Assembly: GCF_020745735.1 (NCBI RefSeq)
Contig: NC_083409.1
Coordinates: forward strand, 6,995,534-7,059,533
Length of the DNA stretch: 64,000 nt
From: Hemiscyllium ocellatum
Taxonomy: Eukaryota
Direction: 5' to 3'
How positions within the stretch are numbered: position 1 is the stretch's first letter; every line of letters starts with the position of its first letter. Positions 52,206 through 63,789 of the stretch are shown piece by piece. Position numbers and translations under genes: made by a program. The notes under the pieces were generated by a model. It was not told the DNA's origin, did no database searches, and worked only from the letters and a program-made list of their open reading frames with translations.

Positions 52206-52211
52206 TTTATT
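52206..52211 (-). terminator. Polyadenylation signal retained by the C relic
   Basis: TTTATT on + (AATAAA on -) at the position homologous to 38878. Confidence 0.55.
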
Positions 52212-52502
52212 CCCTTTTCCATAATGACATTGACAGAAACAGGCTGCAATTAACAGCCCAGGCAGAGGAAGCTGCACAAATTCATATCTACAATGTAGCT
52301 TGAGGAAAACACGTGTGGAGATTTTCTCAATAACATGAGAATCCTGTCCCTTTAAACAGTGAGAAAACCTTAAGTTGGAACTGGTGGCTGAGCAGGAAGG
52401 AGATCTGGTTTACTGAAGCAGAGACTTCTTAGGTTCACATTGTTTTTATACAGCAGACAGTTTTCAATATCTTTGAAAGGTTATGCTTGTTATTATAACT
52501 CA

Positions 52503-52710
52503 ACACTGTCCCCAACAAACAGTCTCCTGGACAGGGACAGAATAGGGTTAGCTCCAGAGTAAAGCTCTTTCCGTACTGTTCCCATCAAAGACACGGAGGT
52601 CAGGGGCAGGATAAGAAACAGAATAAAGCTGTCTCCACACTGTCCTCGTCAAACACTCCCAGGACAGGGACAGCACTGGTTGGGTACAGAGTGAAGCTCT
52701 CTTTACAGTG
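52503..52710. repeat. Three units of a roughly 65-bp shark tandem repeat in the C-relic 3' UTR
   Basis: ACACTGTCCCCATCAAACACTCCCAGGACAGGGACAGCA..GGTTAGATACAGAGTAAAGCT-like units. Confidence 0.75.
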
Positions 52711-52870
52711 TCACAGTAACCTGCCTTAACCCCTGAACCTCAGAGTCTCCCATAGGCCAGTCTCAAGAAGGAAGAGTGTTGAAATTCAGTGCTGATAATG
52801 ACCTTTGTCCTGCCAGCTCAGCCCTGTTCTATTTAAAGTTATGACTCCTCTGTGGACTGTCTCAAAAACT

Positions 52871-52959
52871 CTACACACATTCTGATCTCCTGATGCTCTT
52901 GCTGAGGGAAGAGGGGAGGGTCACGTGGGTGAGGGAACAGGAGAAGTGAGAGTTGGACT
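52871..52959 (-). pseudogene. IGKC: Ig kappa C relic: last 29 codons only; 5' exon part and splice acceptor deleted
   Basis: Encodes SNSHFSCSLTHVTLPSSLSKSIRRSECV*, then a paralogous 3' UTR (about 52160-52870). The 5' side is fused directly to sequence homologous to the intron about 70 bp upstream of the C acceptor. Confidence 0.92.
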
Positions 52960-53439
52960 GGCAGAAGTATCAATTTGAATATTTGTATCGAATACCTAAC
53001 AAACCCAATGTTTTTTAAATTCCTTTTTGATTGTGGACATTGATGACTCCCACCCAGAGTACATTCTGTGCCCTCATTACCCTCAGAGCTTCCGCCAAGT
53101 GCTGTTCAACATGGAGGAGAGACTGACTCATCAGTCAAGGGCGGACAAAACATGGACATCAGCCAGAAGTTTCAGAGAATCAGAGAATCATAGAGTGAAG
53201 AAGAGCTCCCTCATCTGATCATGTCGGTCCCACCCAGGCAAAACTAAATCTACTCTCCATCTATTTTCCAGAACTGGGCCCAAAGCATTCAATGTTCGGA
53301 TATTTCAGGTGCCCATCCAGGTATTTTTAAAAGGTATATTTGTTATATATTGACCGGGACACCATGGGGATCTGCTCTGCTCGTCTAATAGTGTCATGGC
53401 ATCTTCTACTGCCCACTGAGAGGGCAGATATCAGAGCAT

Positions 53440-53800
53440 CCCATCTGAAAGATAGTCTCTGAGCACTGAACCTCTGATAGTGTTGCACTCCCATAGTATT
53501 GTTACACCAGCAGTGCAGCACTCCCTCAGCATGAACTATCTGATAGTGCAACACTCCCACGGTATTGACTTTCTGACAGTGCGGCATTCCCTCAGTACGA
53601 ACCCTCTGACAGTGCGGCACTGTCTCAGTACTGATCTTCTGACAGTGCAGCACTCCCTCAGTACACACCCTCTGACAGTACTGCACTCCCTGAGTACTGA
53701 CCCATCATGAGTGCAACACTCCCTCAGTACTGACCTTCCAATAGTGTTGCACTCTCTCAGTGCTATTCTTCTGACAGTGCTGCACTCCCTCAGCGCTGCA
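53440..53800. repeat. 33-bp CAGTACTG minisatellite, about 10 units
   Basis: TCTGACAGTGCGGCACTCCCTCAGTACTGACCC-like units. Confidence 0.88.
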
Positions 53801-54607
53801 CTGCACTCTCAGCCCGGTTAATTTGCTTCAGTGTTAGAATCATGTAATTATGGAATCCGTACAATTTTGAAGCAGGCCATTCACTCCAATGAGTTCACAC
53901 CAATCCTCCGAAGAACATCCCACCCAGATCCAAACCACTGCACTATCCACTTGCTCCCTACCTGACTGGTGCATACTTATCAAAGACATGCAGTCGTTAT
54001 TCCTTGAATAAGCTCCACATTTCAGTTGTGCCCATCCCCTGCAGTTTCCTTCCCCATCCTATTCATCCTAAATCTTGCCTAATCTCATCATAGTAGCCTT
54101 TCCTCCACCAATAACCTTTGCCCTGCAGTATATATCTATCTCTTTCCATTGCTCTGGTAAACAAAACCAAATTGTGGTCACGATCATCAAAGTGCTCACC
54201 TACCTGCAAATCTAATAGCTGGCCAGTTTCATTAACCAGCACCAAACCCAACGTGGCATTCCCATTCTGAGAAGGAAGGTGCTGGGATGAGTACAAACAA
54301 AAACCATGAAACTCAATGCCATGTTCACAAATGTTCTTTAGGCAAGGGATCCCAGTCATCAGCCGGTCTGTGACTCCAGTCCCACAATGACACAATTCAT
54401 TCTTAACGGCCCTATGACCATCCTCAGCAAAGACCTCAGTCTGATAAGCTGGAGACGGCAATAAATATGAGGCTTGTCAATGACATTAATGCCCTGATAA
54501 TGAATAATGCTGCTATTTGCAGTCTGCCTTTTAGCCTCGGGTCCACCACTTTCCCTGTTATGGGTCTCTAATCCTCTCACATTAATTCATTAGGTGATGG
54601 CAATATG

Positions 54608-54828
54608 TGGGCGGCACGGTGGCACAGTATTCAATTCCCACCTCAGGCTACTCTCTGTATGGAGTTTGCACATTCTTCCCGTGTCTGCGTGGGTTTCCTC
54701 GAGGTGCTCTGGTTTCCTCCCACAATCCAAAAATGTGCAGGTTAGGTGAGCTGGCCATGCTAAATTGCCCGTAGTGTTAGGCGTGGATTTGTTGGGCCGA
54801 AGAGCCTGTTTCCACACTGTAAGTAACC
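54608..54828 (+). mobile_element. Internally deleted HE1-like SINE
   Basis: GTGGGCGGCACGGTGGCACAG..GGAGTTTGCACATTCTTCCCGTGTCTGCG..GGGCCGAAG..TTTCCACACTGTAAG. Confidence 0.85.
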
Positions 54829-55207
54829 TAAAAAGAAATGCGTTGAGCTTTTACTTTGAACTGTCAGGTCTCTTTTCTCTTGCTCTCTCCTCCCACCTCC
54901 TTCCAAGCCTTTCACCAGATGTTTCCCATGACAGCCTCGCTGTGCAGAGCGAAAGCTCTCTGTGTTTTCTGAGGCCTCGCTCTGCCTTGTGTCTGTCCAT
55001 CTCCAATTTTCATTTACTCAGGAAGGTAAGGGTTACAGAATTTAGTAGTAATATGTTCCAGGTCAGCCATGGCCTGATTGACTGACTGGGGAACCAGGCT
55101 GAAACAACCAAAAAATCATTCCCACTGGAATGGCTGCTGTTTCGTTCAGATGCTCATGGCCTGGGACTTGACGTCTGGTTCTCAGCAGCGGTACCAGCAC
55201 TCTATAG

Positions 55208-55221
55208 CCACTAGAGGGCAG
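55208..55221 (+). promoter_or_regulatory. CTCF site (CCACTAGAGGGCAG) facing cluster 2
   Basis: 14/14 match to the consensus CCASYAGRKGGCRS. Confidence 0.65.
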
Positions 55222-58200
55222 CTGTTTCACTGTCCCTGAACAGAACAAATGAACTGGGACCCTGCTCGGGTCGAACCAGTTCAATCTGGGGAAATGACGG
55301 GAGAGAGAGAGAGGGGAAAAGCTTCTGAACCAGGATATTTATCCCATCCCAATGAAATGTCCTCTTTGATATGATTGTCTTCAAAGTGTATTTTTTTATT
55401 CATTCTCTGATACACGTAGACAATGTCAGGACTGAGTGGGACAAAGTTTATTTCCTCCTCTAATCCCTTTCCAACACAGCATCTCCATCTTGCTTTACTC
55501 CTTATTGACTCTTCTACAATTGTCTCTGTTCCCTCAATCTGTCCTGGTCCCAGAGGGATTGATGGCCGGAATTCATGACCCCGCACTATGTGAAGGTTGG
55601 TGTGAAGTGAGGCCAGTGTGTTGGAGCTTGGGCTCCTGCCTCAGGCCCAGGTTTAGGGTCCTGTTCAACAATGTACATAGTGTTTTGGTTTTTCTTTCTG
55701 ATCACAGACATTTTAATTCTGCTTAACAAACTAGTGATGGAAATATGTCAGTGCTGGGATCATTTAACATCTTGGTCCTAGTTGTTAATGGACCCTCACG
55801 CATGATCATACAGTTTTCAATGTTTCTCTCCCCTTACGTGTTACGAAGAGCTTTGCAAACATGTTTTGATGAGGACAGTGCATCTTCAACACCGTGTGAC
55901 AGAGTGGGTGGTTGTAGGAATTCTCATCCCACTCCGTCCAGCTTTCAAGGAAAGTTCCCTCCACTGACTCATATCTTTGGCCGCCATTGCAGCAAAAGCA
56001 AATCCCTCCCTTTGCCCGCACAAAGGCAAAATGCCTGTCAGATTCTATTGTGTGTGATGGTTTAGTCCAATAGGAACACTACTGGTAGATCATGCTGTAT
56101 CAGCATGAACAGAAACCTGGGCAACCTCCAAATGAAAGCATGACCTTCAGTAGATGTGCTGCCACACGAAACGTGGAATTGGAATTATTGTTACAAATTA
56201 CCTCATCAAAGCCAAATAAAACTGAGAAAATATAAACCAGACTAACTTCCCAAGGTCCTTCATCAGAACACAACAAGAAATTGGTTAACAGACAGTTACT
56301 GTCTCCTGTCTCTGTAGAGTGTCACTGTAACTGCCCCCTCTCTCTCTCAGGGGAGTGTAGTTGTTCCTCTCCCCTCCCTCTTTGGGGAAATGCTATTTTG
56401 AGCATCCTTTTTGTCTGAGGATGAGACTGTTCCTGTCCCCCAACTCTCTCAGCATCAGGGAGGGGCTTGAAAGCCACCCGGTTTGTTTATTCCAATTACT
56501 TTCTTGTGAAATGGGTTCCCTGCTTCACTATACTGACCCGTGTGTCAATACACGGCACAGCTCACACTCCATCTCAGCCAGATCACAGGGTCTAAGTTGG
56601 TCAGGACTGTCTGGCCCCAGAACAATAACACTGACTGACTGGAGACAACCCAGATCAAGTCCCAATGAGAGTGTTATTCACCTTCACACTCAAAGCCCAC
56701 CAAGAAGGTGGTCATCAGTCTTAAATGTTGTCGCAGTGTAATGTCTCCCAGAGAAGTAGGAGTCAGTCCAGATTTTAAACAAGGAGGGGCTGTTGTGAGG
56801 AGACAGATGGGAATGCATAGAGAGGAAACAATAGGAGAGAGAATTGTATTTCTGTTACGCCATTCATGAGCTCATGATGTTCAGTGCTGTTTACAGTCAA
56901 TGGAATACTTCTGATATGGAGACAATATTGTAATGTGGGGAATGCATCAGCCCATTTACTGTCAGCAGGCTACCACATTAACAGGGAGCTATTGAACAGG
57001 ACATTGGGGCTAGGACACGGAGCAGAGAATGGAAGAGGCTGGAAAATAAAACCCAAGCAGCCAGTGAAGCTTGAGTATTGGGCTGGGTACGAGGGAGAGA
57101 TGGCAAAGCATAGGGGCTTCTTAAAATTCATTCATGAGATGTGGGCATCACTGGCTTTGCCGGCATTTTATACCCATTTCTAGCTGCCCTGTGAAAGTGG
57201 TGGTGCACTGCCTTCTTGAACTGCTGCAGTCCATGTACTGTAGGAAGAAACACAATGCTCTTTGGGAGGGAATTCCAGAATTTATTTCCCAGTGACAGTG
57301 AAGGAATAATGATGTATTTCCAAGTCAGGGTGGTGAGTGACCTGAAGGGGTAGTTTCAGGGTGTGCTGTCCCCATATGACAGTTGCTCCTATCCTTCGAG
57401 ATGGAACAATTGGTGGGTTTGGAAGATGCTTCCTTAAGGAAGCTTGGTAAGCTGGTGGTGATGGTATAGCTGGCTGAAAATGAACGCCTCTCCACAGCCA
57501 GTGGTCACTCCCTTTCCTTTTATATCAATGAAAACAGTCAACAAATACCTCCTGGTCTGTAATAACAAAATAACAATTTCTATTGATAAAACATCTTTAA
57601 TGTAGGAACCATCCAAAAGTTGGGAACATATGGTGTTTTTGTTGATGACCAGAAGCAGACAAAGAGCTCGTTATAAGAAGTGAGAGGGGTTTGTGGAGGA
57701 AATTCCTGTACTGAGGGCCTGGGAGACTGAAGACACAGATGCCAATCATGACGGGGAAGGCCAGATTGGAGAGTTTGGGAGATGGGGAGGGATTGAGGAT
57801 AACAGAGTGTTCCATTGCATCGCCTCCCCACTTGCAGCAGCAGGAGACTGGGGAGAGGAATCGGGAGGCTGGGCAAGGCACCACCCAGCGGCTGGAGTCT
57901 GCTACTGCAGGCAGGCTTCAAACCAGTTCTGCTGTGAGGGAATGACACTGGAGCAAACAAGACCATGAGAAATAGTAGAAGGAAGTGGACTCAAATGCCA
58001 GCCCATCCTTTCTTATATACAGAGACCAAAAGTGCACACAGTACTCCATGTGCAGGATCACTAACATCAAATAGTCACAGGGCAAAGTGGGGAAACTTTA
58101 ACAAACATTAAGAATGTTTCTCTATTTTAACATTCAAACCCCTAACAATAAAAGCCTCAATTCCATTCACCTTCTCAAAGACTTGATGCACCTGCACTAG

Positions 58201-58649
58201 CTTTTTGTGTTTCATGCATAAAAACACTCAGACCCCTCTGCACTGCACTTTGTTAGAATCTCTCTCCATTTAAATAATAATCTGTATTTTGATTATGCCT
58301 ACTGAAGTGCATGACCTTCCACTCTTTGTCTTTAAACTCCATCTGCTGCGTAATAGCGTTACCTTTCTAGTTTGGTCCTCTCTGTGTGATTGTCCGTCTC
58401 TGTATATCTGCCTGTTCCATGTCACATTCCCATTTGCTTACAGCCGAGAGACTTGGTTGTCCAGCCCTTTTCTGCTGGTTCCATTCAATATTGATCAGCT
58501 TCCTCGAGACAACGTAGCCCAGCATGTCATCCCCTCCTTCAATCGGGATTTTCCTTGCTGTCCTCTGATGGCACATTCGAGGCTCGGAGAGTTACTTCAT
58601 GACTCGCTCCCAGACTCTGTGACAGATGGAGGTGATGGGAACAGAGAAA

Positions 58650-58960
58650 GATCCAGGCTCTGTGACTGGGGAGTGAGGGAGAGATACAGGTTCGAGACTC
58701 CGAGACTGGGGAGTGAGGGGGAGACCCAGTCACAGGCTCTGTGACTGGGGATGAGGAGGAGACCTAGGCCCAGGCTCCATGACTGGGGAGTGAGGGGGAG
58801 ACCTAGGCCGAAGCTCCGTGACTGGGGAGTGAGGGGTAGACTCAGGCCCAGGTTCTGTGACTGGGGAGTGAGGGGGAGACACAGGGCTCAGGCTAGTGAC
58901 TGGGGAGTGAGGAGGAGACTCCAGGCCCAGGCTCCGTGACTGGGGAGTGAGGGGGAGACT
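58650..58960 (+). repeat. G-rich 38-40-bp minisatellite, 8 units
   Basis: GTGACTGGGGAGTGAGGGGGAGAC..AGGCCCAGGCTCC units with GACT starting at 58664, 58704, 58743, 58781, 58820, 58859, 58898 and 58938. Confidence 0.92.
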
Positions 58961-60402
58961 GTTGGATGATGGTGAGCTTGAGAGACAAGTGACACTCAGC
59001 ATGTGACCACCTTCAATGACTTTTGAAATTAGTTCCAGGGCAAGATTTAGGGCTCATCTAGAAGACTGGCTGTGTGACAACAGGATTCCCCTCACTGCAT
59101 ACACCATACTGTCAAAGTTCAACATCATTCCCAAATCTCTGGCACAGGCCTTGAAACTTCATAATTCTGGTTGGAAGCTGAGAGCCTAGACTCATCATGC
59201 TGTGTACCCCAACAGAAAGGCCTGTGTGTGATCAGTTATACTGCATGGTGTGCGCACTGATTGGGTGCCCAGGAGCTGGGCAATTGAATGCAGCTTCATT
59301 GCCAGAGCAAGATGTGCTTCCTCCCATCTCACCTCCTCCAGCGGCCTGAAATTGGGAAAGAGTGTCCAGATGTCCGATCATATTATCCGGAAGCTTGGAG
59401 GTCAGCCAAGTGAATCTAACAGAATATGAATTCCCTGATTAGGTCGGATAATCTGATCCAGTCAGGGAGACATGGCTGACAGAAATAAACAGAGTCAGAA
59501 GTCACATGACACCAGGTTATAGTCCAACTGATTTTTTGAAATTATTCACTTGACTAAGGAGCAGCAATCTGAAAGCTTCTGATTTCAAGTACACGTGTTG
59601 GACTATAACCTGGTGTCGTGTGAATTTTGACTTTGTCCACCCCAGTCCAACACTGACACTTTACATCAGAAAGAAACAGGAATGTCAGACATCCCGTTTG
59701 CTCTGAGAGCTGTCTCGGAAGGAACTGGATCAGTGTCAAGGACCCTCCACACAACGGGATACTGGCCCCTGTGCAGTTGTTGCAGTAACAGTGGGACCCA
59801 CACTGACAGACACACACCTACAGACAGCATTGAATGACAGTCACACCCACACTGACCACATGCCGACAGATAGTTTTGGGTAACAGACACACTTATATAG
59901 GGGCATGTCTGCTGTGAGATCCTGACTGATCCTTTCTCTGAATTAAGATTTCCCTCAGTTCAGTTTTGAGCTGTCACTGTGAGGAAAAGGGTCAGGTGGG
60001 AGAAGTGAACGTCACGACTCCAGTGTCCAGCATCTGTGACTGACCTAAGTTCGTTTCAGGTGTTACCCAGCAGCAGCAGAGATGGAACAGTGCGATATCA
60101 CGAGCTGGGTCTGGACAAACAAAGTAAAGAGGAAATGCCTCAGATTGTAATGATTTAGCCCCAGCAGCTTTCAGTTTCTGTTCTGTTTGGAATCATGTAA
60201 ACTCAATAGATTCCCCAACAAAGGGTTCATTTGGAAATGATTGATGATTGGCTGTCAGTCCAAATTTCAGCCAATGTGTCATTCATTGACAGGCCAAGCA
60301 GCCAATCATGACAATCATTTTGCTGAAATTCTGCCAATCTCGTGAGGGGGTGGTGGAACAATTCCAAAGCACTCACAAGTCAGAGACTTAATCTTTTTCA
60401 TC

Positions 60403-60408
60403 TATATT
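60403..60408 (-). terminator. Variant polyadenylation signal AATATA of C2
   Basis: Position homologous to the C1 AATAAA, with a single substitution. Confidence 0.5.
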
Positions 60409-60932
60409 CCCTTTTCCCAGGTTGACATCAACAGCAAAAACTGTAATTAACAGCCCAAACAGAGGAAGTTGTACACGTTCACAATCACAATGGAGTTTGA
60501 GGAAAACACTTGTGGAGCTTTTCTCAATAACATGAGAATCCTATCTCTTTAAACAGTGACAAAACCTGAAATTGGAACTAGTGGCTGAGCAGGAAGGAGA
60601 CTTGGTTTACTGAAGCACAGACTTCTGAGGTTTACCTTGTTTTGTACAGCTGACAGATTTCAGCAACTTCAAGTGATTTTACTTGGCATCACAAGTAAAT
60701 CCTGTCCCTATCAAACACTCACTGCACAAGTTCAGCGAGGGTTAGATACCGAGTAAAGCTCGTTCTCCATGGTACCAATGAACTGGCGTGAGCCCTGAAC
60801 TTCAGAAGTGTCTCTGAGCCAGTCCCGAGAAGGAAGAGAGTTCAAATTCAGTGCGGACAATGACCTTTGACAGTCCAACTCAGCCCTGTTCTATTTAAAG
60901 TTGTTTCTCCTCTGTGGACTATGTCAAACACT

Positions 60933-61261
60933 CTAAACACATTCTGATCTCGTGATGCTCTTGCTGAGATGGGAGGGGAGGGTCACATGGGTGAGGGCAC
61001 AGGAGAAGCGAACGTTGGACTCCCAGTCAGACCAAGAGAGTGTCAGCAGGCTGCTGACACTGTAGGTGCTGTCCAAAGCTCGAAGGTAGTTGCTGGTCTG
61101 AACCCCGTCCGAAATGACTGCACCGTCCTTCTTCCACTGCACCTCCAGCTCATCGGGATAGAAGGGATTGGCAAGGCACACCATGGTGGCAGTGCCCTTG
61201 GCATTGACCTGCTCCGGGAAGGGAGGCAGCAGGGTCAGCTTGGGCTGAGAGTTCTCACAGC
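60933..61261 (-). CDS. IGKC: Ig kappa constant exon C2 of a second, oppositely oriented cluster (VJ not in window; functional status uncertain)
   Basis: Same acceptor and same 329-nt length, open frame (S)CENSQPKLTLLPPFPEQ...SKSITRSECV*; 22 nt differences from C1 by hand count. Confidence 0.93.
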
Positions 61262-61509
61262 CTGAAAGACAAGAGAAACAATTTTAATCCCTGCCATTCA
61301 GCAGGATTTTAACTCTCCAAACATTAACTAGCAGAACTATCAGTTTGAACATTTGTATCTAATACAGAACATACCTAACAAAAGAATGGACGTTTATTAA
61401 AATTCATTTTGCCGGTGCAGTTTGAAGTCCCCCACCCAGTGTACATCCTGTGTTCAACGTGGCCGAGAGACTGATTCATCAGCCGAGGGAGAACAGCACA
61501 TGGTAAACT

Positions 61510-62700
61510 GTGGGAGAATTCATAGAATCATACAGAATACAAGAGGCCCTTCGCCCCATCAGGTCTATGCCATCAAGGCAACACTAAATCAACACTACGC
61601 CGTCATTCCAGAAGTGGGCCCATAACCTGAATGTTCGGTTATTTCAGGTGCTCCTCCAAGTACTTTGTGGAAGTTGTGAGATTTCCCACCTCATCTCCAC
61701 TCCCAGGCATTCCCGACCCCCACACTCTGGGTGAAAAAGCGCTTCCTCAAATTCCCTCTGAAGCTGCTGCCTTTCACACTGAATGTGAGCCAACTTGTTC
61801 TTGACCCTCCCTGTCAGGGGTACAGGTATTTTATATCACCCTGTCCATTCCCCTCATAACCTTGTCGCCCTCCATCAGGATCCCTCTCACTCCCCAAACA
61901 TTCTCTGCTCCAAAGAAAACAACAGGAGCTTACTCATCCTCTTCACATCTGACATGTTCCATCCCTGGGAACATTCTTGTAAATCTCCTCTGCACCCCCT
62001 CCAGTGTAATCATATCCCTCCTACAATGCGGAGACTACAACTGCACACAGTGCTCCAGCTGTGGCCAAAGTACTGTTCTGTATAGCTTTAACATATCCTC
62101 CATGCTCTTTTAAGTTCCACCTAAAATGATTAAGGCAAGTACCCCCGATCGCCTTCATAACTGCCCTGTTAACATTTTACATCTTCAAAAGTGCATCACC
62201 TCACATTTACCAGGTTTGAACTCCAGCTGCCTCGGATCTGCACATTTGACCAGTCCGGTTGTATCCAGCTGTAACCAAAAACCTTCTTCACTGTCAAACA
62301 TCCGACCAATCTTCACATCATCCACAAACCCAGTTATCATCCACCTTCACATTCTCTTCGGCATTGTTCCTTTATATCATGAGCAATGCGGGACCCAACA
62401 CTGATGCCTGTGATATCCCACTGCACCCTGGACCCAGTCATACAAGCAGCTTTCGAGCATCACCTTCTGTCATCTGTCACGAAGCCAAGTTTGGATCCAA
62501 CTTGCCAAGTTACCCTGGATCACATAGCCTTGTATCATCTTTATCAGTCTCCCAAGTACGAACTTGTCAAAGGCCTTAGTGAAATTCATATAAACCATAT
62601 CAACTGCACCTCCCTCATCTACATACCTGGTCACCTTCTCGACAAAATTCCAAAAGATTTGTTTGGCATGGACTCCCTCTGACAAAGCCGCGCTGACTAC
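61510..62700 (-). mobile_element. CR1 LINE RT 3' portion in the C2 intron
   Basis: GAVDMVYMNFTKAFDK..GRLIKMI..GNLASWIQTWL, plus a 3' tail near 61520. Confidence 0.8.
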
Positions 62701-63310
62701 CCCAAAATGGAGATTCATTCGACCTTCAGAATTTTCTCCAATTGTATCCCTATTGCTGATGAGACACCCACTGGTTTCCTTGTCCATGTCTGGCCTGATG
62801 CCATGTGACTTCATCATGCCTGGAGTCAATGTTGAGGATTTCCAGGGTCACTCCCTCCTGGCTCTATATCACTGTGCCATCACCTCTGCTGGGTCTTTCC
62901 TGCTGGTGGGAGAGTACATATACAGGGATGGCGATGGTGGTGCCTGGGACACTCTTCGGTATAATCATGTAAATATTATTGTGTCAGGCTGTTGTGTGTC
63001 AGTCTAGTCTGTGAGACAGCTCTCCTGAATTTGACAGTAGCCCGCAGATGTTAGTAAGGAGGATGTAACAGGGTCGACAGGGCTGTGTTTGATGTTGCTT
63101 CTGGTGCCAAGGTCGATGCCAGGTTGTCCATCAAGTTTCATTCTGTTTCTGAGACTTCCCAGCGATTGTTAGAATGGAAGGACTTGCTCGGCCATTACAG
63201 AGGGTGGTTAACAGTTAACCTCATTGCTGTGGGTCTGGAGTCACGAGTAGGCCAGACAAGGTAAGGATGGCAAATTTCCTTCCCGAAAGGACATCGATCT
63301 TTCGTCTCAA

Positions 63311-63555
63311 AATCTCTTCAACAAACACCCGATCACTCACAGATCAGAACGACTTTATCAGAGAACACTGGAGAGACTTGAATCAATGCACTTTAGGAAG
63401 GAGTCACATTGGGTGCCTGTGTAGAAGGTTTTAGATTTTATTTCAAACCTTGCTGCCCAGCTCTGGACTGAGGTCAAGGGTGAGACTTCAATGAGTCTCA
63501 TTGTCCCAGGGTCAGACAAGGTCATTACTCCTCATGACCTCCTTACCCCTGGAAG
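63311..63555 (+). pseudogene. Paralogous antisense exon relic in the C2 intron
   Basis: NLFNKHPITHRSERLYQRTLERLESMHFRKESHWVPV*KVLDFISNLAAQLWTEVKGETSMSLIVPGSDKVITPHDLLTPG; stop at 63422, donor mutated GT to CT. Confidence 0.55.
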
Positions 63556-63789
63556 CTGAGAGCACACGGAGAATAGATAGTGCCAGGACACAAAGATTCC
63601 AAACTCAAAGAAAGACTTGGATTCGTGAAGCACCTATTCTCAACTCATAATAACTCATGCCCTCACTTGTGCTTGTACACAGCAAGATCCTAGAGAGCAA
63701 ATTGACATGAGCAGAGAATCAGAACACTAGGGGGAGCTGCCATGTTATTTTCTAATTGTGGCTCCTGAGAGGGCAGACATCAGATTGTT

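Noticed and set aside
53440-53800. 33-bp repeat array as CRISPR-like or a cryptic-RSS array
   Set aside because: Head-to-tail units without unique spacers in a vertebrate genome; GACAGTG lacks the essential CAC. It is a shark minisatellite.
54267-54305. Perfect RSS nonamer ACAAAAACC at 54297-54305
   Set aside because: No heptamer at 12 or 23 bp; it lies in a LINE fragment.
58650-58960. Bona fide Ig class-switch region
   Set aside because: Light-chain locus, only 0.3 kb, few AGCT motifs and the wrong strand polarity; kept only as a minisatellite.
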